A DNA stretch of 64,000 bases from Eledone cirrhosa (GCA_964016885.1 OZ024746.1:5518001-5582000), one strand, 5' to 3'; shown: positions 1 through 14,303, counted from the stretch's first letter. A program made the numbers and translations. Notes: generated by a model from the letters alone, not told the origin.

Positions 1-1032
1 AGCTATTATTACCACAATTATCATAGTTTGGATGCTGAAATTAAAGGTTTCCATTTTGAATCCTGCCTGATACTATACGTATCATACATAGGAAATTAAT
101 AAAAATACAATATAATATAATGTTTTATCTTCATCCCTATATATATAATACTCTCGATATATAATACTCTAATACTGGGAATAACCAGAAAACCTAACCA
201 GGAATCGAATTCGTGTTAGTAAATGAGCTTCCCAGTAACTATTTATCACTCTATTTCGTGGTATTTGTGTATTCTCTTCGAAAATATATCTCACATTCAA
301 CTTTATTGCCATGTCATAATAGGTGCTTAAAACCCAAAACACTTTTTAATTGAAAACTTTAAATAGTTTGTAATGTATAAATAGGTTTGATGAGAGGATT
401 TAGAAACTAGATTTTACTATTCGCTGTAAAATATGCTTCATCCTACAGTCCTAATTATATGTTTCTAATTACACGTCCTTAATTATAACAGTAATTACAT
501 TCCATAGCATACAACCAAATCCGAATGAACTTGCCATGACATGAACTTCTTCATTATTTCATTTCAATTGTTTTGTAGCGTTGGTAATGAATGTGGTAGA
601 CGAGGAACTGATGTGCGCACTGTGTAGATAATTCAGTATTAATATAGAATCATGAATGCATTCCATATATGGAGAATCATTTTATAATATCAAATATATA
701 GCAACATATATTGATGTGCTGATTTAGATGTAAGACAAAGGACAAATGACTAAAATTTAAGAAGTTAACTTTTAGAAAATATATTTTAAAATCGCATTTA
801 ATATTTTTAATGTTATATATGACCCACCAATGACATCAACAACAACAATTGTCGGCGCAATAATTGGCCATAATAAACAGAATCGAATATTGAGGTTGAA
901 AAACTGAAAGAAAATGCCTAAGTCTACAACCAATCAAAATATCATGATTTTGACCTTGTTTGCACTCATTATTCAATATAGCGAATATATCCAATAATCA
1001 CATTTTTCTCTCTCTCATTTGTTCTGACTGTG

Positions 1033-1101
<69 letters not shown>

Positions 1102-1170
1102 TCATTAAAAACAACAGAAGGTTGAACTGGAAACCTTCTTCATTAGTAAACAGCATAACATAAATTATAG

Positions 1171-1432
1171 GGGGAAAAGTGACTTCAGTTGTGGTTGATG
1201 TTCTTTAATAATTCAAATCCTTACAATACATCGATATTAGTTCTGGTAAGTCCTTGTTAACTTCTGTGGAGAACACAAAGTCCTTGTTAACTATCTAGGG
1301 AAATTTCTCGCATTCGGTTCGATTTTCAAACTGGTCGGATGTGTTGTGTTGAAGATGTTTATATACGAATTATTGAACATATTTGAATTATTAAAGAACG
1401 ACGTCAACCACCAGTGAAATCATTCTTTCCCA
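1171..1432. repeat. Imperfect inverted repeat (~50-bp arms), probable decayed PLE-type terminal fold-back
   Basis: 1171-1220 GGGGAAAAGTGACTTCAGTTGTGGTTGATGTTCTTTAATAATTCAAAT is the approximate reverse complement of 1381-1432 ATTTGAATTATTAAAGAACGACGTCAACCACCAGTGAAATCATTCTTTCCC. Confidence 0.6.
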
Positions 1433-1501
1433 GTTTTTCCAATTTACCTTACTGTACCAAGGAATTTCCTTCCTTTTCTACTATATATATATATATATAT
1501 A

Positions 1502-1718
1502 TAACAAAGGAATTGTGGTAAGGAACCAGATGGACCATAACGCACCAGAGTACTCAATACTTAGGGAAGTAGAGTGGGAAATAAGAAAAAGTATGACCCC
1601 GACGGCAGAGCTCAAGCCGTTTCGATGGCTATTCTGGACGGCTATTTCTGGACGACTATATGTGTCCAGAAATAGCCGTCGAAACGGCTTGAGCTCTGCC
1701 GTCGGGGTCATAGTTTTT

Positions 1719-1723
<5 letters not shown>
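1502..1723. mobile_element. Short repeat family B, copy 1 (fold-back; carries the 3' half of a hammerhead motif), inserted in (TA)n
   Basis: Inverted arms ~1581-1652 and ~1664-1723 contain GTCGAAACGGCTTGAGCTCTGCCGTCGGGG. Near-identical sequence occurs at 14304, 34018 and 37339. (TA)n on both flanks. Confidence 0.85.
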
Positions 1724-1753
<30 letters not shown>

Positions 1754-1967
1754 AAGACTCTTTCCCCAGTGCCCTGGGTTCATCATTTCTGGTCGATAAA
1801 GTATTAATCTAAGGCGGAGAATTGGCGGATTCCTATAGTGTTTTGTGCTAATATTTGAATTTCTCCTCCGTGAATATCTGGACATTGTCTTACTACACTT
1901 TACATTCCTTTAAATCAATTACAATCAACACACACACACACACACACACGCACACACACACACACAG

Positions 1968-2013
<46 letters not shown>

Positions 2014-2854
2014 GACTAAGTTGTGTACTATCTTCATCCATTTTATGATATTGGAGTGATGTTTGAGCAAGATTTGTCAGCTACATCTACCAGGTCAGGT
2101 TATGTATTGTGTGTTTAGTTGGTGTGTAGTTACTCCCATTACAAATGTGTGAGATCAAGCCCGAATGTCTTTCCTTAACAATAAATATACCTTCAGTTAC
2201 GATGTTGAAAATATCAATTGCGTAGGACCCAATTATAGGAAATCTCTCCTCGAACTGAAGAGTTAGAAGACCTCATCAAATCTGAAATTTTGTTTAATGT
2301 GCAATACTGAGTGAACTTCTAGGACACGGTAAAAGAAAGAAAATACGGCTTAAAATGTATCTATTTTTGTCAGTAGACATGTTTAATACAATAACGAATG
2401 ATTTAAACATTCGATTTATTTTGGTTCCTGCTCAAATAATGTTATAAAATGATTTCTTCTAACAACTCCAAGAAGTTCTAACAAGGTTTCCCCATGCACA
2501 GACTCACCTGTTATAACAATACAATGAATCAATATATAAACAATTGTGAATTGTGTTGTAAAGTGACTGCTTGTTTATGCATAGTATGTACATCTAATAC
2601 AACTTTACCTCTCAGGCAAATGTTTTCCTCGATTGTAAACAACATAGGTTATGATGTTCTCAGGCTCCATTTCAGAGGAAGTAAAACTGAACGTGCAGCA
2701 ATAAATATCACAAGTATATTCATTTCTTTCTTTTGAATTTATTGATTTGTTCATCTGATGATAAAAACAAAGAATGTGGGTTCCTAAACGATACGTTAAA
2801 TAATGAAATTATATATAGATATATATGAATACACTCACACACATACACACACAC

Positions 2855-2905
<51 letters not shown>

Positions 2906-2978
2906 AGTTGAAGAATCCCTCGGGTGAAACGCGTGTTCTCAAGTATGGTTTGTTAATTTGTTGTGGAACTAACTCTCT

Positions 2979-3077
<99 letters not shown>

Positions 3078-3082
3078 TATAC

Positions 3083-3146
<64 letters not shown>

Positions 3147-3484
3147 AAAGTGCTGTCGATGAATTAAAAAAATCGTTTCGTAAACTGTTGACTTTGCTTA
3201 ATGAGTCGATGTCAAGTTAAACTTGTTGAAAGTAACCTCCAGCAAACAGGTAATTATTCTAGTTTAACAGTGTTAAATAAAAATGAAATACTCCCCCATC
3301 CCCCCACCCCGCATTGCAAATTATTGACCTCCATTGAACGCCATATTCTATTGGCTCAGCAATATATACAAGGCTAGTACATTTATAGTTATATATTGGC
3401 GCTACAAGTATAGAATGAATCATATTTAACTGGGTGATGTCTAAAAACACCTGACTGATAAAACAAGTCAGTCAATCATATTGG

Positions 3485-3652
3485 TGGCCTCCCCACAGCC
3501 TCGGCTGACAGAATGGAGAAGGCGTTTCCCCGGGGGATGGCCAGCTCAGCGCCTATGGTGGTGAGTAGGGAGGTAGCCCTAGGGCCGAGGACACCAGAAG
3601 TCTCCACTGCCAAAGGTACAGCCGCAAACCTGTCGGAGAGCGACCGGTATTT
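3485..3652 (-). mobile_element. 3' fragment of a CRE-clade-like non-LTR retrotransposon (restriction-like endonuclease C-terminus)
   Basis: Translation KYRSLSDRFAAVPLAVETSGVLGPRATSLLTTIG...AIPRGNAFSIL matches the KY..L...F.P.AVET.G..G..A...L..IG....IQRGNA.SIL pattern of CRE RLE C-termini, with an internal deletion. It is a GC-rich island in AT-rich DNA. Confidence 0.75.
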
Positions 3653-5211
3653 GATGTGATACAATATTTGTAATACAATATTGATGTACTACAATATTTA
3701 TCTATTGTATTACATCTATTATACAGCAATCCTTGATTATCTGACATATACCAGTAATGACCAGCAGTTATTTATTCAGATGGGAAAATCAAAGACAATC
3801 TAAAATGCATGTGAATTTTTGTGGAACATATGTTAGATATAATATTGAATATTTAATACAGACAACGGCTGACAGCTGTTGAAAAAATGGATTTTATTTG
3901 TCTGGTCCAAAAATACAAACATATTGGATTTGCAAAGAAAACATCTGTCGTAATGACTAAAAAAGTAAATAAATAAAGGGGAAGAAAAAATATATGAAAT
4001 TATCACATGATAAATTGGGAACCAGACTAAGAAGTGTGCATTGTTCCGAATCTATATATAAATTGGTCGAGGAAGAAGAAGGAAATATTTAGTATTAGTA
4101 GTAGTAGTATTAGTAGTAGCTATTTTAGTAGCCAAAATACTAGAGATAACTACAGTTTTGGGGACAACTACGATAAATAAAACCACACCAAAGAAAATAG
4201 TCAAAAGAAAAAAAGAAAGTCATCGTCAATGACAACATCGTTATAGCTTCTGCTGTCGCTGGTGGTGGTTCGGCTGCTGTTGCTGTTCTAAGAACAACCT
4301 ACAACAACTATAATAATGACCATCATTTGAGTAAATATCGAGCAGAAATACAATTGACTTACCAGAAACTCTTGCATTTTAAGTGCACATTTTGTTGAGA
4401 TGTGTTTTGCTGTGTAAACAGTGGCATGTAATCACACTTTGATTGCTATGGACAACTATTGATTTTGTTCCATCAGTAATAACTATTTATTTCGAAACAG
4501 TGGAAACTATTAAGTTTAAAATCTACGGAGATATTGCCTAAAACTTACTAACATTCTCTGGTAAAATAATTGAGAATTAGCTTCTTTCGATACTAGAACT
4601 CGAATTGTGTTTTCGTTTTCGGGCATCTAGATTCTCCTTGCCTGCTAAATCTTACTTTTTCTTCCCTTTGATTTCTATTTTCAATTATTTCTAGTTTATA
4701 TCTTTCAGACCTATTTATAGAATTATTTCCTTCAATTGATGTTCGTTCCTTCCTCTCTAACATTATCTCTCTGTGTCTGTCTGTCTGTATGTATGTCTGT
4801 CTGTCTGTCTCTCTTTCTCTCCCTCTCCCACTCTCTATCACCCTGCCACTGGCTCACCCGAGTCCCTCTCTTTACGTCATTTTCTGTCGATTACTCACTG
4901 ACCAATTAAATCTCTCTCGATTGACTTGTAGTTCTATTTACAGTTTTCGATTTTCTCTTCCAGTTTATATATCCTGATCTATATATCTACCTGCATACAC
5001 ACGCACACTCACACTCACACACACACAGGCGCGCGCACAGATATACATATAAGTATATATATATATATATATATATAGTAATTACTTATGTATCAAGAAC
5101 TAAGCTGAACAATGGTCTTACTAGTCTAAAATGGTAACTCAATCCCTAATACATAACTATATATCTATATATATATATATATGTGTGTGTGTATGTATAT
5201 TTATACATATC

Positions 5212-5294
<83 letters not shown>

Positions 5295-5522
5295 ATTTGT
5301 ATATATATATATATAGTAATAATAATAAATTTGAAGACTAGAATCCAAAGAGGGCTCGATAAGGATAAATATATATAAAATATATAAGAACCCTAAAGCA
5401 AATATTTATTAAAATAACAGATTAAAGTTTAAGCAAAGAATCGCTGCTTTCATCTTTAACGGGATCTTCTGAAACTAAAAAAATCAATCTGTGAACGCAG
5501 AAGTAAATATTTCATAAAACAT

Positions 5523-5583
<61 letters not shown>

Positions 5584-8334
5584 TTGTGTGTGTATTGCTT
5601 CTTATTCAAACTCTTTCTCTCTGACATTCACCAATATGTCCGTCTCTATTTCTTTCACATTCCTTTGTCCATATAACTTTCTCGTTCTTTCTCCCACTCT
5701 TTCACTCTGTTCTCTTCTTCTCACGCTATGCCTCCTATATCTCCATCTTTCTCTCCTTCCTATTTATTAATCTGGCCCCTAGTGATGACACGTTCATGAC
5801 TGAAATATATATACACACAAGTTTTATCCCTGCGATAACTCATTCACGTTCACGAACAAATTAAAAGTTGGATAAACGCAAGAAATGACCACAAGGCCAA
5901 ACAAAAAACAAAAAAAAAACTTAATAAACATGTATGGCAGTAGACGGAAAAGACATGGACGAAGAAAAAGTCTAGATAACAACACATAAATTAATCTCTA
6001 TGGAAAGCTAAATGTCCGAAAAGCACGCTTAAGAAAGAGATACGTGAACCAATTTATGTCAATATTTAAAACGATATAATCCTCTATTTTCCCTTTCTTT
6101 GCTGTCGATTATGTGTTTTATGATATTTTCACAGATATATGCAATTAATTTACTTGTCTACCGGCTAAGACTAAATTCTGATCGTTGATTTTACTTAACA
6201 TCAGAATGATACGGTGTATATTTTCTATATAAACAGATTACACTTTCAAACGTGTTAAGTATTGATTTTCTTAACATGGCGAAGGGAAAGCGAGACTCTG
6301 TGACGTTGTTATTCTCAAGAGCGTTTATGAACCAAAGTGAAATGAAATGTTTTATACAAGATTTCCAAATTAGTTATGCTACATATTTTGCTCGTCTGTA
6401 CAAACGTGTTCGAATAATATTAGCAGCGTCCTATTGGTTTTTCTTGAATTGACACTACACCCGATAATTTTAGTCAGGAGATATGTGATCTTCATTTTCA
6501 AAAGAACATTCATACTTTTGTGGAATGGAATGACTCAAATAAGATTTGAAACCATCTAGAGGATTGACATAACATAAACTAATATCTCCGTCTAAATCCT
6601 TCTCTATTAATATATTTTTATACTCACTTGAAATAACCTTTAAGAGATGCTAACTCAGGCACAACGTACATTTTGTGTCGAGAATGTAATCCATTTAAAT
6701 CAATCCCAGCACTTGACTGTTGCTTACTTTATCAGGCTCGAACGAATGTCTAAGTAAAGATTTCAGTTATTTCAATCGAAGTACTCCTTTGAAGACATAA
6801 TCGCTTCTATCGATTCTAATGTCATTTTATAAACCTGACACAAAAAATAAAAATGTCTTTTGTGAGAGAGAAAGGTTTATAACGAAGACTAAAAAAAATA
6901 GTTTAAAAAGAAATTCAAAATAACACATTCCATAAATGTGAGGGTACTTCCGAGGGTCACTCGTGGAGAAAGCCCGCAGAAAGCAACGGTAACCTTAACC
7001 GCCCTCTATCAGTTGTCATCCTCCAATTTACAGGCGTATATTTAGAGTAAACACATTCACTTGGACGTTGCTCTCCTCTCTCACCCACCTTTCAACAAAT
7101 TGCTTATTTGGGCAGCATTTCCCACTTTATCCTGATTATTGGGCAGCATTTCCCTCTTCATCCTGATTTTTCTCTCGGGTGAAAGCTCAAATATTTGCGA
7201 CTCCATTCTTCCGAACAAAATTAAGAAGTCGCTTCAGTCTGACTCAGAGTCTGGAAGGGTCAGTACAATAAAATATTTCGAAATATGACCAGTGGTATTA
7301 CGAAAAAATAATAATTTTATGAAGTGAAATATTTCTCTGAAACGAAGAATGAAGTGTTCATTCTACTGACATGGCTATAAAATTGAGGCTTGTTTGCATA
7401 ATTGCAAACGAATCGAATGTTGTTATTAATATTCGAAAAACTCAGATTTTCTTTTTTAATATGAGACAGATTTGTTTGAAATATATTTTACAGTATTTTC
7501 GTTAATTCTTATTTCATTAAAAAAAGATTAATTATACCTTATAAATGATATTTATTCTGTTGTGTAAATACCTGTAAATAAACGAAACTCCCAGAGAGAT
7601 TCAAATAGAACTTATGTTCAATTCTATTTTAGAACTTCATTGTTATTGTCATTGCTGTCACAGTTAGCAAACAAATCAATTAATCAATTATAGATCAAAG
7701 ACATCTCTTTTTGCACTTAATGAACTTCCTCATCTTTGATGGAAATATTGAAAATTACGTTGTTCGTAATTAGTGGGGATGTAGAAACTTGTTAATGTTT
7801 ATAGCTTTAGAAAGAATGGGTGCATCCAAGAACAGCGGTTTAGGTATCACAGGAGAGAATCTACACACACACACAGACACACACATACACACACACACAG
7901 ACATACACAAATACGCACACACACATACAGACACACATACACACACACACACACACACATATATACTGACAGACACACATACACACACACACACATACTG
8001 ACAGACACACACACATATACTGATAGACAGACACACACACACACGTGTGTGTGTGGACTGAATAGCTGACTAAACACAAACACGTGCTTTCCTCGCGTAA
8101 AAAGACATTTTCGTTTCTTTCTCCCCTCAATATTTCTATATGTATCTTCATCGTACTCTATTCGCCCTCTGTTTTGTTTTTCTTCGTTGTCATTTAGATA
8201 TTTACAATGAAATAGTTGACGAGACTAAGCCTAGTGGTAATTCTATTTTGAATGATATGATGGTTGAACGCGTAGCCAAAGGTGCATCCTTTCTCTCACT
8301 GATGTTACTACGAGACTAACTTCGTTAACAGATC

Positions 8335-9020
8335 CAGCTGTAGATTAATGAATCTCGCCAGAACTGAGGAGCAGCTAGTAAGAAGATGTTGAGATATAAA
8401 TATAGATATTAGAAACAAATGACCTATTACAATGGAATTAGATACATCAGTGATATCCTTGTTCTGGAACATTCTATCTAAGCATAAGGCTAGGTTCTCC
8501 TGGTTTGATATAATAGACATTCACCCCTCGATTTCTAGACTACTATTGGTTAGCGATTCCGAATACGTACGTAAATTTGTTCTAACTAATGAGTATGAAA
8601 GATATGTTATCCTGTACACCCCTAAGAACTTACCTTTCAATAACGGTTCTAATTTTGTAAAGAAAGTGTGAACCAGAGGGCAAATAGGATGTCTCGACAT
8701 GTTTATATGGCAGCGCTGATATATGTAACTTAGTTACATTGTTAATATAGTGAATAGACCTCTGATATATACCAAGACTAGATATAATTTACATGAAGAA
8801 CTTTCATAATGTAGGACTTAATATCCCAGTAGGCTAAATTGAGAGATATAACGTTTGACTTATCCTCAGCTTCTTACAAACAATTCCTTAAGCATAACCC
8901 GACACCAAAACAGAAAGAACAGAGTAAGAAAACAGATACATGGCAAGTGGGAAATTAAATGCGGATTTCTTACTTTACCACGGATTCTCCGCGGGCGAGT
9001 TGTAAAGTTTATCAAATATA
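8335..9020 (+). pseudogene. Decayed Penelope-like element reverse transcriptase (Neptune-like)
   Basis: Reading across stops and frameshifts gives CRLMNLART...FSWFDIIDIHPSISRLLL...KNLPFNNGSNFVKK...YGSADICNLV...VGLNI...DITFDLSSASYKQFLKHN. This is collinear with PLE RT motifs CRLINP, FDI.EFYPSI, KSLLF....WVKK, GSYDGAEICELVG and DVTLDL...YKPFRKPN. Confidence 0.75.
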
Positions 9021-10022
9021 TCTAATTGCATTTTGTCAGGCGCTTTAACGATTTTACCAGTAAATGAAATAAGATAGATGTATCAGAGAGGAAAAATGGA
9101 AAGAAGAAAAGATTACAGTGTATGATAAATTAACAATAAACAGACAGAGGAGAATTAACTGTAGAATCAGAGACATTATACTTCGAAAAATTAGTGAGAA
9201 AAACGAGTGAAAATATTAACCAACATAAAGAATATTATTTATTCATCTTGACAGGAACGTTCAGGAATAAATTTCTGAATTATGAAAAATCTACATTCCA
9301 AAATAAACTGGTTTGCATTATAAAATAACTGTGATAACTATGAGAAGCATACAGTCAAAACTAATTCATTATCAGAAAACAATATTTTGTGATAATGATT
9401 TATGATTTTTGTCATTTCTCTCGACTTCATACCGATATCGATTTCATTCCACAACATATTTATCATTTTTTCATTAAAGCTATCACAGTTTGACAACAGT
9501 TAATTTTTAGTAAGATTTATTAGGTCACCTAATTTCTCTTATATATTTTCATTATAGTTTACATTGTTACAATACAAAGCTATTTTTGTGTTAACAAGCA
9601 CATTATTTTTCTGTATTTTCGACTAGTTTAACAAATAATTATATCTTACTTAGATAAGCTGTGATATATTTCATCTAGAAAAAACTAATGTTTCGTATTG
9701 TTGTTAAGAGCTTTCGCAAGAATATTAGTGATATATCATTTAATTGTTCGTTGCACTAATAACACGTTTATTTAAAATAACACTGCAATAAAGTAATAGC
9801 TGTTTCAGTCACTCTACTCTCGTATAGAGTTGACACTCTGGTCTTAGTGTATACACTGAATATTTTCAATAATATTAATGAAAACTTGTTCCATTATAGA
9901 CTAAACGACGCACGTTCCGCTCCTCCTTTAAAGGTACTTTTGAAGAAGAATATTTTCCATAGAGCTCATGTACGTCACACTAATAAATAAAACAAATATC
10001 TCTTTGTCACGAGAATCAATAA

Positions 10023-10105
<83 letters not shown>

Positions 10106-10109
<4 letters not shown>

Positions 10110-10298
10110 CAGGAAAGAAGGTTGACATGGTTTGCTATACAAAAAAGGTTTTTAATCTCATAGCTGACAATTGTTTCTCTGAACTGGTAGGTCTAGAGAT
10201 CGCTATTCACTTGTTTTCACGTTACTCGATCGCTACCTGGAATACCATAACTGGACTATACCTAAGCGGACTGCATTTAAATATTATTTGTTACCCCG
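10106..10298. mobile_element. Repeat family C, copy 1 (internally inverted PLE-type end)
   Basis: 10106-10232 matches 28771-28897 in the same orientation, while 10240-10298 matches 28600-28660 in reverse orientation. Flanked by (TA)n. Confidence 0.75.
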
Positions 10299-10311
10299 TA
10301 TATATAAATAC

Positions 10312-10350
<39 letters not shown>

Positions 10351-10409
10351 TATATATATAAAGAAAAAAAGATGTGAGAAAAACCACAGACCCTCCATCT
10401 CAACTCTAC

Positions 10410-10451
10410 TTTCTTTTGAAAAGCAGAAGAACTGCGAAACCGGTAAAGGAA
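10410..10451 (+). ncRNA. Minimal type I hammerhead-like motif with variant core UUGAAAA (family F, copy 1)
   Basis: UUUCUU-UUGAAAA-GCAG AAGAA CUGC-GAA-ACCGGU-A-AAGGAA. The surrounding ~75 bp (from 10371) is repeated at 51348-51422. Confidence 0.65.
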
Positions 10452-10580
10452 CCAAATAAATATATATATTTAAAAAAAAATAAGACTCCAGAGTTGCATT
10501 TTCGATTTCATCTTATTTTCTTTATACTTTCACTCGTGTAGGGCACCTCGGTTATTTTTCATTTTGTAAAAAAACCTCAC

Positions 10581-10622
<42 letters not shown>

Positions 10623-10628
<6 letters not shown>

Positions 10629-11055
10629 ATACTTGGGGAGGGTCATATTTGTGTAATATTGCCAGAATTAATAAATAAGTAAATAAATAAATAAATAAAT
10701 AAATAGACTAAATAAAGATGGCGAAAACATACAATGCAACGGGAGGAAACATAATAGCAACACTGACGATGTTGCAGATGTGCAACGAAAGAACTCTGAT
10801 AGACTATATATATGTGTTTGTGTCTATATTATATTTGTATTTTTGACCGTTGGTCAGTCAATAGCAACATTGAGGACCGAATAAAATAAATTAACCGATA
10901 TAAAAGACACAGAAGCGAAAACCAACCAAACAGTGAGTGTGTTCTGTTATTAATTCTGGCAATATTACACAAATATGACCCTCCCCAAGTATAACAATAC
11001 TTGTTTCGACTCACGATTTCATATAAAAAACATTGCAAAACTAATTCATCGCCGT
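10623..11055 (+). mobile_element. PLE 3' terminal region (family D) with short 5' inverted segment and decayed HHR at 10761-10798
   Basis: 10680-11035 is the reverse complement of 14460-14810, which lies 3' of a GIY-YIG ORF. 10623-10672 is an inverted copy of ~10946-11000. Motif: CA-CUGACGA-U-GUUGCA GAUG UGCAAC-GAA-AGAACU-C-UG. Confidence 0.8.
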
Positions 11056-11075
11056 TATATATATATATACCTCAC

Positions 11076-11155
<80 letters not shown>

Positions 11156-11188
11156 ATATATATGTATATATATATGTGTATATATATG

Positions 11189-11303
<115 letters not shown>

Positions 11304-11342
11304 GTATATATATGTATATATATATATGTATATATATATATG

Positions 11343-11407
<65 letters not shown>

Positions 11408-12830
11408 ACGTTGGATATAAAAGGCAGTGTCCCACAAATATTACTTTTTATTTATTTCAAATGTTCTCGTTTTCTATATAAGAAACTGTTACAGAAGAAA
11501 TAAGAGCGCATCTATGTCAGTAAAACTATTATACTGATCATGCAATGTAACCGAAGGAGAATATTTTAATATCGCGAATCACTTTACTGAGAAACTCTTA
11601 TCAATGGTCAATGTGGTAGCGGCGTCAGAAAATATCGTTAGGTCTGATATGGAAGTCATGCGGATCTTCGATCGATCACTTCAAAAAGATGATAGAGAAA
11701 TATTGCCAAAATCTTTACCACGCGAGCGTCTCCACGTTTCTGAATTAAGATCTGCAGAGGAAAAAATCAAACTAACAGACAAAACGAGAAAACTATAGCC
11801 TATCACAACAAATATAGGAATAACAAAAACACAGGATGATAAATTGATGTCCCTTAAGATTGATTGATATGGGCAAAACAGATGAAATTCTTTACCAAAA
11901 CAATTTTAGTACTATTCGATTTCAAACGTTAAAGAAAACAGTTTGGTAATTATTGAAAATATTCTTCGGAATGAATTTTACAGAGGAGCTCAAATTATAA
12001 TTTTCTCTAAAAACTTTCTCATCAATCGACGTATTTATCGATAAATATTTAAATAGCTAAAGAAATAGAACTTATTTTCCTTTCCAGCGAAAACAAGACA
12101 AGCAAAACAAATTTGTAAATAATATCATGTTAGTTTAAAGAAACAAAAGAGAAATCATTAAAACAAAATAAAATATAGAAATCAGAAAGTATGATGTAGT
12201 TGTAAGGAAGGTTTTAAATTTCCTTGAGTAGTGAAATCATTAAGGGAACTATTATTGATTTCATCTTCTTGTGGCGGTCTACTTTCTTGTTGTTATTGTT
12301 CTTCTAGTACAAAATTAGTAGCCTTTCAGTTATTTCTCTTATTGAGAAATAACTTTGGTCACAACCATTTCAGCTTCGTCCTTTCAATCTTTTCTTCAGA
12401 TACATTATTCATGACTATACTACACAGTTTATCTCTCCGTGTAAGGACGCCGCTGTGTGATTATTGAGAGATATTTGGTTAAGCATGTTAATCCTTGTTT
12501 TTGTTGCAGTTTGAAAGCTAAATATAGTGTGTATAAATCCGGAACAAATCTCATAATGCATTACTTCCGGCGCTTTAACTACTCTGATAATTCACCCCGG
12601 TCATTTAATATAATACTAATCTAGGGTGCCGGATTAGTGGAGTTGATGCCATGTCGGACTAATTGACGTCAATCTCTCTATCAGCAATGGTTCCAATATA
12701 TATTAGTCGTTTACTTCTCGGACAGCATCCTTAGCATGGAGAGGGACACATTGCTTGCATTGTCTTATATAGATAGACTTGCACATTGGAAAGTAAATTA
12801 AAAGTACAGATACATAACCCTACGAGGGAT

Positions 12831-12945
12831 ATACGAGGGTGTGCTGAAAACTTCCTGGCTTGATCACTGCTACAGAAGCCTGGTTGAAGGCATAACATTC
12901 CGAGTTCCTTTTACAGGGCTTAAAACGAATGAAGGACTGCTGTAA
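12831..12945 (+). mobile_element. Tc1/mariner-type TIR remnant
   Basis: TACGAGGGTGTGCTGAAAACTTCCTGG matches the TIR of the MITE at 55724 and the fragment at 40810. Confidence 0.6.
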
Positions 12946-13267
12946 TATTACATACTTACCAACTGTTGAAATTAAATATATTTTTCAATTCGTCTTGGAT
13001 ATATTTAATCATTTTACTTGTATGGATGTTCAAGATGAATTGTGATTTCTTCATATTTGCTTTTATTCTGACCTTGTTGTCAGTTTTTAGTTCGTTCTAC
13101 ATTGGTTCTGGTTCAAGAGCACCATTTTAGAAGAAAACTATGCCATCAGTAAAGTGTAAATGACTTTAAAACATCACGTGTTTATTGTTTTTTCATCCCA
13201 GTTGCAATTTTTAAAGATCCCTTTCTTTGCAACAGTAGCGTATGGGGGAGTGTGTGTGTATGCGTGT

Positions 13268-13330
<63 letters not shown>

Positions 13331-14303
13331 TGAGTATGACTGTGTTTATAGACTCGATTAAGGAGATGGTATTTAGGTGCTACTTCAGAAGAATTCGTGG
13401 GTGTTGTGTGAATATTCTGTTTTTCGATAGGTAGGACGTTGCAAGTAGAGTAGTTATGTCTGTAATGCACATATTTTAATTATAGAAACCCAGAGCGAAT
13501 AACTCATGTGATACTTGGTAATCAGTAAATAGCGTTGTAAACATAATCTGAAGGAGAGAATACAAAAGGATATCAACTACTAGAAGGAAACATTAGAGAC
13601 AGAAAGATTGAGTTAATTTTGTTTGAAGAGAAGAATAAAAGATTAGGATTTATTTGTTTTTCTTTTACACATTAAAACTTTTTTCAGGAATGTAGAATTA
13701 CGTTGCTAAGGAACTAATTATTTTATATGATCTTGTGTACATCTAAATTGCAAGCAAAAGCCATATATGTTAAAATAACAAATGGACATTCACTTACGTA
13801 ATAAAAGGCGTGAATTCGCTCTGCCTTGTAGCTCGCATATATCCATAAAGGAAAGGCTGCGTACAGACACATTCTGAATCACATTTAAATTATTATCCCT
13901 CTAATAAACTAAACGTTCCACTCCTATTTACAAAAACCAATCGTCCTTCTAAAAGCTGCAACCCTTCTCACTATCTTCTACTTTCTGGGTCCTACTGAAA
14001 TAGTTGATTGCATACAATATCAAAAAAAGAAAAAAACAAATTGTATCAGAGACAATAAGTTATCCCGTATATAGTGGTTGACGTTATTATAAAGAGCAAT
14101 CCAATATGGCTGAAATCACAGCTTAATGTCTTGCAAGCCTTCATTAGAGGAAGTAGGTATAAATATAAAAAATACTGCAAGCGTAAGGCCTTTGATGTTA
14201 GAACTTGTCCTATTCACTTAGGCATATTGTTCCTCCACCCTTCATCTATTTCAGAATATCTCATTGGTAAAGAAAAATAAAGAAAATAATATATATATAT
14301 GTA

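Noticed and set aside
2502-2535. Minus-strand ACAG|GTGAGT recursive-splice-like site (also CAACAG-TTG-GTAAGT near 12955)
   Set aside because: Weak polypyrimidine tract and no established host gene; expected by chance in 64 kb.
2905-2942. HHR-like GAG-TTGAAGA-ATCCCTCGGGT-GAA-ACGCGT (similarly weak cases at 30810, 35181, 37820, 38061, 59864)
   Set aside because: Core or stems are incomplete. They may be decayed copies but cannot be supported individually.
11604-11798. 64-aa non-repetitive ORF
   Set aside because: No recognisable motif or splice context.
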